Counted from the stretch's first letter, positions 11,654 to 22,003 are shown. The stretch is 55,542 nt of DNA from a bacterium (GCA_027002475.1 JALWZS010000018.1:1093-56634), one strand, 5' to 3'. Notes: generated by a model from the sequence alone, not told the origin. A program made the numbers and translations.

Positions 11654-11734
11654 CGTCATTACGAGGAGGAAAGCAGAGCTTTGCGACGAAGTAATCTCAG
11701 ACTGCCGCAGTCGCTTTGCTCCTTCGCAGTGACG
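11654..11734. repeat. REP/RPE-like palindromic repeat (GTCATTRCGAG...GYAATCT family)
   Basis: GTCATTACGAGGAG...CGACGAAGTAATCTC followed by an inverted AGACTGCCGC...TCGCAGTGAC unit, between convergent genes. Confidence 0.8.
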
Positions 11735-11791
11735 AGGAGTTAGTCACTGTATAAACTTGAAAACGGGCATTAGTAGTGATTTAGGCTTCTA

Positions 11792-12544
11792 CTAGTTCCC
11801 TACAATAATCAATATATCTCCGCTCCCCTGTTCCCCTTGAGGGAGTTCACCGACCTTCCCACCTAAGAATGTGGCAAAATCACTAGCAATAGAGGTTCCG
11901 TTGTCTGTGAGTGGGATTACTAAGATACCTTGATAATCATTCTTTTTGGCTACCTGCCTATCTACAATAGTCACAAAATCATATTGTTCAGTTAATTTGT
12001 TCATAATAGGTGTTGTTGCACCTGGCGTTTTAGAACCGTTAAGCAAGTAAACATCGACCTTCGTGGGCTTTTTAGCTTCTTCTTTTGTAGGCGCTGGACT
12101 GGGACGCGGAGTCTCGCTACTTACTGTTGGCGTTGGGGTTAGTTGTTGCTGTGTTTGCGGTGTTGGCGAGACTGTTTTTACAGGGACTACATCAACAATT
12201 TTGTGCAGCGATGGACGATACAAAATCGCTTTTCCTGATTTTGGGAAGATTAACACCTTGTCCTCGTTTTCAGCTGTTTTAAAAAAACCTTGTTTGATTA
12301 ATTGTTCTTTATCAATAACAGTTGCTAATGTTGGAGTTTCGTCTGGTAAAACCATTAGTTTGCTAACTTGTTTAGTAATTGATTCAACGTCGTCTTTGTT
12401 GTTCCCTACGTTTACTCCGGATAGTTTTAGTGCGATGAGTACACCAAATACAACGAATACGCCAAGTAGTGCAATGATTGAAAAAACTCTTAGACTACGA
12501 ACTAGATAACTAGGTTCTTCTTTGACCTTCTTCTTGGTGGGCAT
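11792..12544 (-). CDS. membrane protein with LytR C-terminal domain
   Basis: TM helix, P/T-rich linker, C-terminal VYLLNGSKTPGA...DILIIVG signature; start placed at ATG 12544, 6 nt after TATAAT. Confidence 0.8.
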   Translation of the reverse strand: MPTKKKVKEEPSYLVRSLRVFSIIALLGVFVVFGVLIALKLSGVNVGNNKDDVESITKQVSKLMVLPDETPTLATVIDKEQLIKQGFFKTAENEDKVLIFPKSGKAILYRPSLHKIVDVVPVKTVSPTPQTQQQLTPTPTVSSETPRPSPAPTKEEAKKPTKVDVYLLNGSKTPGATTPIMNKLTEQYDFVTIVDRQVAKKNDYQGILVIPLTDNGTSIASDFATFLGGKVGELPQGEQGSGDILIIVGN

Positions 12545-12560
12545 ATTTTTATTATACACA

Positions 12561-13223
12561 CTAGCGGAAAATGTTGATATGGTAATTAGCTTTGGCGGTA
12601 TTAAGCCAACTGGTGAAAGGCTGACCAGTAATTTGTTGCACCCTTTCTTTTTCTAGGTCGAAAATAATTGTTCTTAGATGTTCATCTTTAGTTGCTCCAT
12701 ACATCTCACTTACTTTTGATAAATACTCTTCCTCGCTCATCCCTTTTCTCACTCTGTTGTAATAGGCTTCAAGTTCGCTAGGAGTAATTGGTTGATCTTG
12801 TTTGACTAGAAAAACTTCTGTTAATGCTTGATTAACTAAATCGTTGATTATGTTATTTCTTAGAGCCTTTTCATCAGGCAAACTCATGTTTGAATACTTA
12901 TAAAATGACTTTTTTTGCGAGAGTCTTTGGTTAAAGATCTCATGTTTTACGCCGTAGCAGTCGATACTGATGATGTACTCATTAGGGTTATCTTCGCAAA
13001 TATTACTTGGTTTAAGGCGATTAATAATGCCTAGATTTTCCGTGCCTATTTGTTTTGAAAGTACTTCTTGCTGGGCGCTTTGTATTTGTTGTTTAGGGGT
13101 ACTTTCTTTCGGATTTGGTGTAAAGAACTGTTTATAAAAAAATGCACTTGCAAGTATGATTAAGACTAAGCTTGTTGGCACCAGGGCATATTGCACTAAG
13201 CGGTTGAACTTATTAAGACTCAT
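12561..13223 (-). CDS. SurA N-terminal-domain (chaperone-like) membrane protein
   Basis: N-terminal TM; IINDLVNQAL...ITPSELEAYY...EEEYLSKVSEMYG...WLNTAKANYHI pattern; start at 13223 behind TATAAT. Confidence 0.65.
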   Translation of the reverse strand: MSLNKFNRLVQYALVPTSLVLIILASAFFYKQFFTPNPKESTPKQQIQSAQQEVLSKQIGTENLGIINRLKPSNICEDNPNEYIISIDCYGVKHEIFNQRLSQKKSFYKYSNMSLPDEKALRNNIINDLVNQALTEVFLVKQDQPITPSELEAYYNRVRKGMSEEEYLSKVSEMYGATKDEHLRTIIFDLEKERVQQITGQPFTSWLNTAKANYHINIFR

Positions 13224-13273
13224 GTGTGTATTATATAGGAGAATTATAATGGGAGAGAGATATTTCACGATAT

Positions 13274-13520
13274 GTCATTGCGAGCGGTAGCGCGGCAATC
13301 TGTTACTAATAGACTGCCACGTCACTACGTTCCTCGCAGTGACGAGATTGCTCTGTTGCAAATCCTCAATTCCTATTCGTAATGACGCTTTTGGGGTGTC
13401 TTTGCGAAGGAGTGAAGCGACTGAAGCGTCTAAGCAGAGTAGATCGCCACGCCACTTTGTGGCTCGCGATGACGCTAAGCGGCAGACTGCCAGGGGCATT
13501 CAAACTTCCTCACAGTGACG
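13274..13520. repeat. cluster of REP/RPE-like palindromic units
   Basis: About six alternating units: GTCATTGCGAG...GCAATCT and AGAYYGCC...TCGCRRTGAC. Confidence 0.85.
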
Positions 13521-13548
13521 AGTGCCAATATAGTGTTAATATTAAAGT

Positions 13549-13953
13549 ATGTTAAAAAAGCTAATCGTTAAGCTAATTATTATTAGTGTTGCTGTATGGA
13601 CAATCTTTTATTTAATTCCAGGTATGATTTTTTTAGGTGGCGTTTTAGCGTTTGCCGAGATCGTTGGCATCTTTTTTGTTCTCGATTTATTTGTTAAACC
13701 ACTAGCTAAGTTGATTCCGCTACCTTTTAAACTTCTTGATTTGGGCATTGTTAATATTGTTATAGATGCATTTACTTTTTGGGCGTTATCTAATTGGCTT
13801 AATGTATTAAAAATAACACCATTTTGGTTTAGTGGGTTAGGGACTAGTAAATTTGTGATAGCACCGATTGAAATCCCCTATCTTGGAACGCTAATCATTG
13901 CAGCGGTTCTTATGGGTATGGTTAATACAACTCTTACCTGGCTTACAAAATAA
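13549..13953 (+). CDS. YvlD-like four-TM membrane protein (phage holin family annotation)
   Basis: LDLFVKPLAKLIPLPFKLLDLGIVNIVIDA matches the NxxVKPxLxxLxLPxxxLTLG pattern. Confidence 0.75.
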   Translation: MLKKLIVKLIIISVAVWTIFYLIPGMIFLGGVLAFAEIVGIFFVLDLFVKPLAKLIPLPFKLLDLGIVNIVIDAFTFWALSNWLNVLKITPFWFSGLGTSKFVIAPIEIPYLGTLIIAAVLMGMVNTTLTWLTK

Positions 13954-14001
13954 GGCTTTGTGGCACTATTAATGAGGTCGGTGCTCTCATCTGGTCTGCT
14001 A

Positions 14002-15522
14002 TTAAAGGAAATCAAAAAGTCTTGTTAGAAAGCGCCATAGTTTCTTCCACCAAGGAAGATGTCTATCATAATATCCATCAAGCCATAAATTAAGCTGGGT
14101 GTATTTGATTTTAGAGCTATCTGCCAACGTTATGTGTATGTCCTTGGAATTAAAATCTGAGCCTTTATAAACACCTGCAGGGTCGGGTCCTTGTGAGCTA
14201 ATTCCTTTTATTGCAAAGATTATGTGGTCATTATCAAATGAGTTAAAGTAGTCACGCCCAGTTGTGGCTCCCCAAGTCGGATCTATGTTTACCCAGCCTT
14301 TTTCTTGGTCATAGTACTGAACCCATGCATGCAGTACATCAGAGACAGTAGGTTTTTGTTTGCTGTTTTCATCGGTTACGTATGCGTACCCATCGACTTC
14401 TCGCGCTGGGATACGAATCGCACGAAGAAGTGTAACGGTTAGATCAGTAAACTCCATGCAGACTGCCTCATCTGGGTGCTCAAGTGCGCCTGCTCCGCCA
14501 TAGCGTTTTACATTACCATTGGAAAAACGTTGGTCTGAGTACTTAAGGGTTGAAGTAACGTAGTTATAAACTTCTTCGGCTGATGAAAATGAAGCTGCAA
14601 GCTCTTGGATTTTAGGGTCGTTAACATCCCAAAATTTATCTGGGATTAGATATGGTGTGTCTTCTTTTAAGCTAGCTTGCTTTCCTTCTTTTGAGTTTAA
14701 ATCAATTTTTATTTGCCCCGTTAACTTAATGTCGAGGCTTTGCCCCCCGCCTAGCTCGTAGTAACCAATTAAGTTACCATCTTCGTCGAATGCCATCTCT
14801 TTTGGTTCTGGTTCTATTGCATTGATATAGACTGTTTGTAGAGAGTAAAAATTAGGAGGAAACGCTACTTCAAACGTACCCTTTTTGGTGTCAGGATTAA
14901 CAAGGTGGTAGTTTAATTCGACATTATAAAGTTGATACTCGCCGATTGTTACCTTTAAGTCTGCCGCTTTTTCGTTTTTGAGTTCATAAATTCGCGATAT
15001 GGTACTAGCTGATTGTTCTTCATTGATTGCTGTAATCGATTCGGCTTGGACATGCCCCCACTCTGACGGGTAGTTTATGACAATTGTTTGTTTTTCCATT
15101 TGCATCTTTTCGGATTTGCCTATTAGTGGAATTGTTATTTCTCTCAGTAGCCCTTTTTTATTAAAGATGCCATCTAGTTTGTATCTTAGTGTAAAGGTGC
15201 GAGTTCTTGTAAACGTTTTGGGTTTAGGTAGGCTTATATTGATTGTTGTGTCTGTTACGGTTGTGTTTAAGTCTTTACCGTTTTCATCTTGTGCTTGCGC
15301 GTCAATTATTGCCTTTGCTCCAGTTTGAAGTTGGTAAGAGGTCAACACATATTCATCTTGTGTCGATTTGACCTTTATTTTATGGCTTGCCTGTGCAAAC
15401 GTGTATGGTCCAAATATGTAACTGCTTGTAATATCACTCACAAAGAGCGGTTCCTTTGCGTTTGCCTGAGTTGAGATAGCAAGGAGTAACAAAATCGCAA
15501 TTAGAAAAAACTTTTTAAGCAT
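14002..15522 (-). CDS. secreted transglutaminase-like protein
   Basis: Signal peptide; AVCMEF (Cys), HAWVQYY (His), WVNIDPTWG (Asp) triad. Confidence 0.9.
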   Translation of the reverse strand: MLKKFFLIAILLLLAISTQANAKEPLFVSDITSSYIFGPYTFAQASHKIKVKSTQDEYVLTSYQLQTGAKAIIDAQAQDENGKDLNTTVTDTTINISLPKPKTFTRTRTFTLRYKLDGIFNKKGLLREITIPLIGKSEKMQMEKQTIVINYPSEWGHVQAESITAINEEQSASTISRIYELKNEKAADLKVTIGEYQLYNVELNYHLVNPDTKKGTFEVAFPPNFYSLQTVYINAIEPEPKEMAFDEDGNLIGYYELGGGQSLDIKLTGQIKIDLNSKEGKQASLKEDTPYLIPDKFWDVNDPKIQELAASFSSAEEVYNYVTSTLKYSDQRFSNGNVKRYGGAGALEHPDEAVCMEFTDLTVTLLRAIRIPAREVDGYAYVTDENSKQKPTVSDVLHAWVQYYDQEKGWVNIDPTWGATTGRDYFNSFDNDHIIFAIKGISSQGPDPAGVYKGSDFNSKDIHITLADSSKIKYTQLNLWLDGYYDRHLPWWKKLWRFLTRLFDFL

Positions 15523-15544
15523 GAAAGTATTATACGGCAGGCTA

Positions 15545-15675
15545 TACAACAAATTACAAATCACAAATTCTAAACTATACAAACATGATTATTAAAATGT
15601 ATCCGTATATTGGTTTAGGTGATGTGCGTCTTGCTGTTCGTTTGTGCCGTTTCGTGCTTGTGATTTGGGGTTTGT
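15545..15675. repeat. 7-mer (ACAAAYY) degenerate array with complementary arm
   Basis: AACAAATTACAAATCACAAATT arm followed by GTTTCGTGCTTGTGATTTGGGGTTTGT arm. Confidence 0.7.
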
Positions 15676-18542
15676 TATATGCTCAGGTATTTCTTCAAAT
15701 ACTTCCCTGTATATGAGTTTTTATCTTTTAGTAAGCCTTTTACATTGCCGGTGTATATGACTCTTCCTCCAGCATCTCCGCCTTCAGGTCCTAAATCAAC
15801 TATCCAGTCTGCAGTTTTTATTACATCAAGGTTATGTTCGATTACAATAACTGTGTTCCCTTGATCAACTAGTGTGTGTAAGACTTTGAGTAAGTTTTCT
15901 ATATCAGCTGAGTGAAGACCGGTTGTTGGTTCGTCAAGTATATAAACAGTTTTACCGGTTGCTCTTTTTGATAGCTCTGTAGCGAGCTTTATCCTTTGTG
16001 CTTCTCCCCCACTTAAGGTTGGTGCGGGTTGACCTAGTTTCATGTAGCCAAGCCCAACATCCATTAGCGTCTTAAGTTTAGCTTTAATTGTTGGGATTGC
16101 GGCAAAAAAGTCGAGTGCGCTTTCTACGGTCATATCAAGAACCTGCGCAATGTCTTTACCTTTATATTTAATATCTAGCGTTTCTTTGTTGTATCTTGTC
16201 CCACCACATACCTCGCACGTTACATACACATCTGATAAAAATTGCATTTCTATTCTATTTTGTCCTTCACCTTGACAGCTTTCGCATCTACCACCTTTTA
16301 CATTAAAACTAAAGCGACCAGGTTTATACCCACGTGCTTTAGATTCGGGTAGGCTGGCAAACAATTCTCTAATTGGTGTAAATACTCCTGTGTATGTAGC
16401 AGGATTTGACCTTGGAGTTCTGCCTATTGGATTTTGGTTAATCTCGATTACCTTATCTACAAACTCTAGCCCTTTAATGCCTTTGTGTTTGCCTGGTTGC
16501 TGTTTGCTCCTATTTTTTTCTAATGCAAGTCGTTTATAAAGTGTTTCAAGAACCAAAGTTGACTTCCCAGAGCCAGATACTCCAGTTACACAGGTAAATG
16601 CACCAATAGGAAAAGAAACATCTATGTTTTTTAAGTTGTGTTCGCTTGCTCCAAGGATTGTGATACTCTTTTTTTCATCAATATCACGTTTGTGTTCAAA
16701 CGGGTGAACTTTTTTCTTGCCACTAAGATACGCTCCAGTTAAGGAGTTTTTGTCTTTCATTATTTGTTCGGGACTTCCTTGTGCAACTATTTGCCCGCCA
16801 TGCAAGCCTGCCCCAGGACCGAAATCGATTATCCAATCACTTTTCTTCATTGTGTCTAAATCGTGTTCAACGATTATTACAGTGTTCCCTAAATCCCTAA
16901 GATTAGTTAGCGTAGCTAAAAGCTTATTGTGATCGCGTGGGTGTAACCCAATTGATGGTTCGTCGAGGACATACAAGACGCCGCTAAGACCTGATCCGAT
17001 TTGGCTTGCTAGACGTATCCTTTGTGATTCTCCGCCCGATAATGTGCCTGATGTGCGATTTAATGTTAAGTAACTTAATCCGACATCGAGCAAGAACTTA
17101 ACTCTGCTTTTTAGTTCCTTTACGATTGGTTTCGCAATCTGTTTTTCTCTCTCTGTTAGCTCGCTATGAGAATACTGCGCATTTACTCTGTCACTCTTTA
17201 ACTCTTCAACCCTCAAACTTGTTAGCCACTCCATTAACTCATCAATACTTAGTGCCGTAACTTCTGCAATATTCATTCCTAAAACGGTTACAGAAAGCGC
17301 TTCGTCTTTAAGCCGTGTTCCTTTGCAAGCACTACACTCTTTTTCAATAAGAAATCGCTTGTAATAATTGCGTGTAGAGTCGCTGTTTGTCTCTTTAAAA
17401 CGCCTGAGTATTGTGGGGACTAGCCGTTCGTAGATAATTTCATCCATTGCAGGCTTTGGGATATCTTTTATTTTTGTGCTAAGTGAAAAGCCGTATTTTT
17501 CACCTAGATCAATTAAGTACCTGCGAATACTAGTGTCATAGCTAATTGCCTGTGCCCATGGGAAAATCCCACCTTCCTCAAGCGTTAATTCTTCGTTCAT
17601 TGTGCTTTCGATATCAACCTCTAGTTGTGTTCCAAGTCCGCCGCATACCGCACAAGCGCCATGTGGTGAGTTAAATGAAAAAGAGCGTGGTTCTAGTTCA
17701 GGAAGACTTATATTACACGTAGGACACGCAAATCTTTCACTAAACAAATGATCCTCAAACTCTTTTGGCTTTGCAGGAAAATTAAGTGATTTATCAAGAA
17801 CTTTACTTGCAATAACTGTGCCATTACTTAGTTTTAGAGCCTTTTCTACTGAGTTTGTAAGTCTTACCCTGTCGATGTCTTTAGTTAGCACTAATCTGTC
17901 AACTATTGCCTCGATTGTGTGGCGGTTCGTTTTGATGAGGGTAATTGACTCATCGTCTAAATCATAAACTCGCTTGTCAATTCTGACCTTTGAGTATCCT
18001 CGACGCGCTAAATCATCAAGAAGTGCAGAGTACTCCCCTTTCCTATCTTTAACTAGTGGCGCTAGAATTAAGAGTCGAGTTCCTTCCTTTGTGCCACCAA
18101 ATCGCTTAATTATGGAGTCAACAATTTGGGCAGGGGTTTGTGCACTAATCTCTTCGCCGCAGTTTGGACAATGTGGGTGACCGATTCGCGCAAAAAGTAA
18201 GCGCAAGTAGTCGTAAATTTCGGTTGTTGTTCCGACTGTTGAACGTGGATTATGAGAAACAGTCTTTTGATCAATTGAAATCGCTGGGTTTAAACCGTCT
18301 ATTTGGTCGACATCGGGCTTTTCCATCATGCCAAGGAACTGGCGAGCGTATGAGCTTAAAGATTCAACGTACCTACGTTGTCCTTCAGCATAAATTGTGT
18401 CAAACGCTAAAGAGCTTTTTCCGCTTCCAGAAACGCCTGTAAAGACGACAATTTTTTCTTTAGGTATTTTTAGGCTAATGTTTTTTAGGTTGTGAACTCT
18501 AGCCCCTTGGATTTCAATGTAACGTTGATTGCTTTTAGTCAT
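15675..18542 (-). CDS. uvrA: excinuclease ABC subunit A
   Basis: Two Walker A motifs (GVSGSGKS), two LSGGE signatures, zinc fingers, NPRSTVGT. Confidence 0.99.
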   Translation of the reverse strand: MTKSNQRYIEIQGARVHNLKNISLKIPKEKIVVFTGVSGSGKSSLAFDTIYAEGQRRYVESLSSYARQFLGMMEKPDVDQIDGLNPAISIDQKTVSHNPRSTVGTTTEIYDYLRLLFARIGHPHCPNCGEEISAQTPAQIVDSIIKRFGGTKEGTRLLILAPLVKDRKGEYSALLDDLARRGYSKVRIDKRVYDLDDESITLIKTNRHTIEAIVDRLVLTKDIDRVRLTNSVEKALKLSNGTVIASKVLDKSLNFPAKPKEFEDHLFSERFACPTCNISLPELEPRSFSFNSPHGACAVCGGLGTQLEVDIESTMNEELTLEEGGIFPWAQAISYDTSIRRYLIDLGEKYGFSLSTKIKDIPKPAMDEIIYERLVPTILRRFKETNSDSTRNYYKRFLIEKECSACKGTRLKDEALSVTVLGMNIAEVTALSIDELMEWLTSLRVEELKSDRVNAQYSHSELTEREKQIAKPIVKELKSRVKFLLDVGLSYLTLNRTSGTLSGGESQRIRLASQIGSGLSGVLYVLDEPSIGLHPRDHNKLLATLTNLRDLGNTVIIVEHDLDTMKKSDWIIDFGPGAGLHGGQIVAQGSPEQIMKDKNSLTGAYLSGKKKVHPFEHKRDIDEKKSITILGASEHNLKNIDVSFPIGAFTCVTGVSGSGKSTLVLETLYKRLALEKNRSKQQPGKHKGIKGLEFVDKVIEINQNPIGRTPRSNPATYTGVFTPIRELFASLPESKARGYKPGRFSFNVKGGRCESCQGEGQNRIEMQFLSDVYVTCEVCGGTRYNKETLDIKYKGKDIAQVLDMTVESALDFFAAIPTIKAKLKTLMDVGLGYMKLGQPAPTLSGGEAQRIKLATELSKRATGKTVYILDEPTTGLHSADIENLLKVLHTLVDQGNTVIVIEHNLDVIKTADWIVDLGPEGGDAGGRVIYTGNVKGLLKDKNSYTGKYLKKYLSI

Positions 18543-18609
18543 ATTTTGTAAACAGTTAATTATATAACGGATAGCGAGCTTGGCTCAATATTACGGTATA
18601 ATTGCGCGT

Positions 18610-19137
18610 ATGAGGTATCAACGTGCATTGATTAGTGGAAGACGTGCAACTGGAAAATCAACATTGCTTTGGGAGTTACAAAAGCGTTTAAATTGGCCAA
18701 TTTTCTCTATAAGTATGTTTCTTCGTGATTATATCAGGCAATATAACTTAACTCCTCAACAGGTGGACGAGCGGCGTGTTGAAATTGCAAAAGATATCGA
18801 TGGGCGGATTTTAAACTTATTGTCTAGCTCTAACAATGTACTAATAGAAGCAAAAGTATATGGTGGGATTAAAAAAAATCTCCCTGGTACTGCAAAAATA
18901 CTGTTAACTGCTTCTGACAATACGAGATACCAACGAAATGCGTTTAGGGAGGGAATATCGTTCGACAAGGCTAAGAAAAGGGTCATTAAGAAAGAGACTG
19001 AATGGGAACAAAAAATGGCAAAAATACTAGGGTTTAACGATTTCTTTGATCCTAAATATTATGATTTAGTTGTCGATACAACAAATCTTACTCGCGAGCA
19101 AGTTGCTGACAAGGTAGAGACATGGTTAAAAAGTTAA
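18610..19137 (+). CDS. cytidylate kinase-like P-loop NMP kinase
   Basis: ISGRRATGKST, KILLTAS, RNAFREG, YDLVVDTTNL; start at ATG 18610, 7 nt after TATAAT. Confidence 0.75.
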   Translation: MRYQRALISGRRATGKSTLLWELQKRLNWPIFSISMFLRDYIRQYNLTPQQVDERRVEIAKDIDGRILNLLSSSNNVLIEAKVYGGIKKNLPGTAKILLTASDNTRYQRNAFREGISFDKAKKRVIKKETEWEQKMAKILGFNDFFDPKYYDLVVDTTNLTREQVADKVETWLKS

Positions 19138-19139
19138 TA

Positions 19140-21599
19140 CTATCGTTTAGCTTCATCGTTATCTGCGGAATGCGCACTCTTAAGCTCTCGTATCCTATCT
19201 CTTATTTTGGCAGCGCGCTCAAAATCTAGCTCTTTCGCAGCCTTTTTCATTTGTTTGGTTAGTTCAGATATAAGTTTATCTGTTGTTGTGTCATATTCCG
19301 TTTGTTTGATGTGTTTGCGACTTGTGACTTGTGATTTGTTTGGAGTTTGTGATTTGTAATTTGTAGTTTTTTGTAAAAGCCCTTCGATATCTAATTGTTC
19401 GCTCCCGTAGTCCTTTACCTTTTTCGACCGTTCAATCAGTTGGCTTCTAATTGGCTTGTTTATACTTTTGGGTGTGATTTTGTGTTTCTTGTTGTATTCA
19501 AGTTGGATTTTGCGTCGTCTGTTTACTTCGTCGATTGCTCGTTGCATGCTGGCAGTAACTTTGTCTGCATACATGATTACCCTACCCTCTACATGCCTAG
19601 CGGCTCTTCCCATTGTTTGGATTAAAGACGTCTCTGAACGTAAGAATCCTTCCTTATCGGCATCTAAAATTGCAACTAAACTTACTTCTGGTAAGTCTAA
19701 GCCCTCTCTTAACAAATTTATCCCGACAACGACGTCATACTCCCCTTTTCGAAGAGCATTTAAGATGTCTACCCTATCTAGAGTATCTACATCTGAGTGT
19801 AAGTACTGAACAGATATGTCTTGTTCTCGAAGGTAGTCTGTTAAATCTTCTGCCATCCTTTTTGTAAGCGTTGTTACCAGTACTCGTTGCTTTTTCTTGA
19901 CGGTTTTTATTATCTCATCTATTAAATTTTCTATTTGGCTTTTGGTTCCCCTCACAACGATTTCTGGGTCGACAAGCCCGGTCGGGCGAATGAGTTGCTC
20001 CACAATGCCGGTTTGGGGGTAGTCGTTAAGTTGCAGCGTTTGAGAGTTGGAGGGTTGGAGAGTTGAGGACATAATCCTCTTATACTCCTTAATACTCCTT
20101 TCTATCTCCCAACTTGATGGGGTTGCGCTTGTGTAGACTATTTGATTAGCCTTTTGCAAAAACTCATCAAGGGTTAATGGGCGATTATCTAGTGCGCTTG
20201 GTAGTCTAAACCCAAAGTCAATTAGTGTTTCTTTCCTTGCCCTGTCGCCGTTATACATTCCCTTGATTTGAGGTACTGTGATGTGGGATTCGTCAATAAT
20301 AATTAAGTGATCTTCCGGAAAATAGTCTAGAAGTGAAAATGGTGGTTCTCCTGGCTTTCTGCCGTCAAAATATCTTGAGTAGTTTTCAATCCCCTTGCAG
20401 TAACCAATTTGTTCAAGCATCTCTAAGTCGTATTCTGTTTTTTGCTTAAGTCTGTAGGCTTCAACGCTTTTGTTTTGGCTTTCAAGCTCTTTTACTCGTT
20501 TTTCTAAATCTTTCTTGATTTGCTCTATCCCCTTTTTGATTCTTTGAGTATCGGCAACATAATGCTTGGCTGGATATAGGGTAAACTCGCCAAATTTTTC
20601 TAGTTTAGAAAGAAGCGATTGTACTAATGCATCGGTACTATTTGAGATTGCTTCGTGCACCTCTGCTGGATTGTCGGTTACCTCGGTGGTACGAGAGTTA
20701 TTTGCTTGGAGAAGCGCAGCTTCTCCCGTAAGCACGCCTTGCGTGCGTCCATCGCGAGGAGCAACGCGACGCGGCGATCCGTTGTCGCTCGAGATTACTT
20801 CGTCGGAAATCTTTGATTTTCTCCTCGTAATGACATTTGTATATTCCAGCTTGTCATTGCGAGCCTGATGAATATCAGGCGTGGCAATCTCATCATTTGC
20901 TTTTAATGCTTTTCCTGTAACTGGGTGGATTAGTTTTATCGATTCTAATTTGTCGCCAAAAATGACTAGTCTTATAGCACTATCCAAATAGGCTGGGAAT
21001 ATATCAATGGTTTCGCCTGTTACTCTAAACGTCCCCCTTTTAAATTCATAGTCCGAGCGCGTGTAATAAAGTTGTACTAATCTTACAAATAGGTCTTGTT
21101 GTCTAAGCGGCATACCTTCCTTTAAAGTGAGAGTAGTTTTTTTGTACTCAATTGCGCTACCCAAATTATAGATTGCACTGACACTTGCGACTACAATTAC
21201 ATCGCTCCTTGTCATTAGCGCAGTTGTAGCGGAAAGACGAAGTTTGTCGATATCTTCATTTATAGAAGCATCTTTTTCGATATATGTATCTGTTTGAGGA
21301 ATATAGGCTTCTGGTTGGTAATAGTCGTAATAGCTTACAAAGTATTCAACCGCGTTGTCTGGGAAAAATTCTTTATATTCTTGATATAACTGAGCTGCTA
21401 GAGTTTTGTTATGAGATATAACTAGTGTGGGTTTATTAACGTTTTGGATGAGATTGGCAACGGTAAAAGTTTTACCGCTTCCAGTAACACCCAAAAGTGT
21501 TTGATGCTTCATGCCTGCGTTAACACCGTTTGTTAAATGCTTTATTGCCTGCGGTTGATCCCCTGTTGGTTTGTATGGAGAGTGTAATTTAAAACTCAT
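19140..21599 (-). CDS. uvrB: excinuclease ABC subunit B with repeat-derived in-frame insertions
   Basis: [42 protein letters not shown]-terminal UVR domain; 819 aa is longer than typical UvrB. Confidence 0.99.
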   Translation of the reverse strand: MSFKLHSPYKPTGDQPQAIKHLTNGVNAGMKHQTLLGVTGSGKTFTVANLIQNVNKPTLVISHNKTLAAQLYQEYKEFFPDNAVEYFVSYYDYYQPEAYIPQTDTYIEKDASINEDIDKLRLSATTALMTRSDVIVVASVSAIYNLGSAIEYKKTTLTLKEGMPLRQQDLFVRLVQLYYTRSDYEFKRGTFRVTGETIDIFPAYLDSAIRLVIFGDKLESIKLIHPVTGKALKANDEIATPDIHQARNDKLEYTNVITRRKSKISDEVISSDNGSPRRVAPRDGRTQGVLTGEAALLQANNSRTTEVTDNPAEVHEAISNSTDALVQSLLSKLEKFGEFTLYPAKHYVADTQRIKKGIEQIKKDLEKRVKELESQNKSVEAYRLKQKTEYDLEMLEQIGYCKGIENYSRYFDGRKPGEPPFSLLDYFPEDHLIIIDESHITVPQIKGMYNGDRARKETLIDFGFRLPSALDNRPLTLDEFLQKANQIVYTSATPSSWEIERSIKEYKRIMSSTLQPSNSQTLQLNDYPQTGIVEQLIRPTGLVDPEIVVRGTKSQIENLIDEIIKTVKKKQRVLVTTLTKRMAEDLTDYLREQDISVQYLHSDVDTLDRVDILNALRKGEYDVVVGINLLREGLDLPEVSLVAILDADKEGFLRSETSLIQTMGRAARHVEGRVIMYADKVTASMQRAIDEVNRRRKIQLEYNKKHKITPKSINKPIRSQLIERSKKVKDYGSEQLDIEGLLQKTTNYKSQTPNKSQVTSRKHIKQTEYDTTTDKLISELTKQMKKAAKELDFERAAKIRDRIRELKSAHSADNDEAKR
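20644..20891. repeat. REP/RPE-like palindrome cluster inside uvrB
   Basis: 20791-20834 is the reverse complement of 11655-11698 at 39/44 nt; 20719-20751 matches 50135-50167 at 29/33 nt. Confidence 0.9.
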
Positions 21600-21716
21600 C
21601 AGACCTCCATTTTACCCTGCTTGGGCTATTTTTGATTTGCGAAATGGATTTTGAAGGTGTAATATATGGCTTATAGCACATCCACTCTGAAAAATCCCCA
21701 AACAAGGAGGTGGGAA

Positions 21717-21941
21717 ATGAGTGAGAACATCACTATCCGTTTCCAACAACTCTATGACGGTGCTGTGGTCATCGCCGGGGAACATTGGACATCACTGCGA
21801 TTGGGCAAAGTTCTGGAGGTTAGGGATAATGGGGCGGTCATTGCGCCTTTAGGGAAGAACGGCGAGTTATTACGAGGACGTAGTTTTTTTGTTAGAGCTG
21901 GTGGTTTGTTTTTGAATGCGGAGCCTAAGGGGGATGCGTAA
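21717..21941 (+). CDS. small hypothetical protein (74 aa)
   Basis: AAGGAGG before ATG 21717; upstream TTGCGA-N17-TAATAT; downstream terminator. Confidence 0.6.
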   Translation: MSENITIRFQQLYDGAVVIAGEHWTSLRLGKVLEVRDNGAVIAPLGKNGELLRGRSFFVRAGGLFLNAEPKGDA

Positions 21942-21963
21942 GATGAGAAGATGTGATTTGGGA

Positions 21964-22003
21964 GGGCGGCTGTAATAAAGCTTTCATACAGTCGCCCATT
22001 TTT
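21964..22003 (+). terminator. intrinsic terminator
   Basis: GGGCGGCTGTA...TACAGTCGCCC followed by ATTTTT. Confidence 0.65.

Noticed and set aside
13274-13520. CRISPR array interpretation of the palindrome clusters (also 42347-42570)
   Set aside because: Units alternate in orientation, vary in sequence and lack regular spacers; no cas genes in the window.
13549-13953. Prophage suggested by a holin-family gene
   Set aside because: YvlD-like proteins are common chromosomal membrane proteins; no capsid, terminase or integrase genes nearby.
20590-20915. Intein in UvrB
   Set aside because: No Cys/Ser start with His-Asn end and no splicing blocks; the DNA is explained by palindromic repeats.
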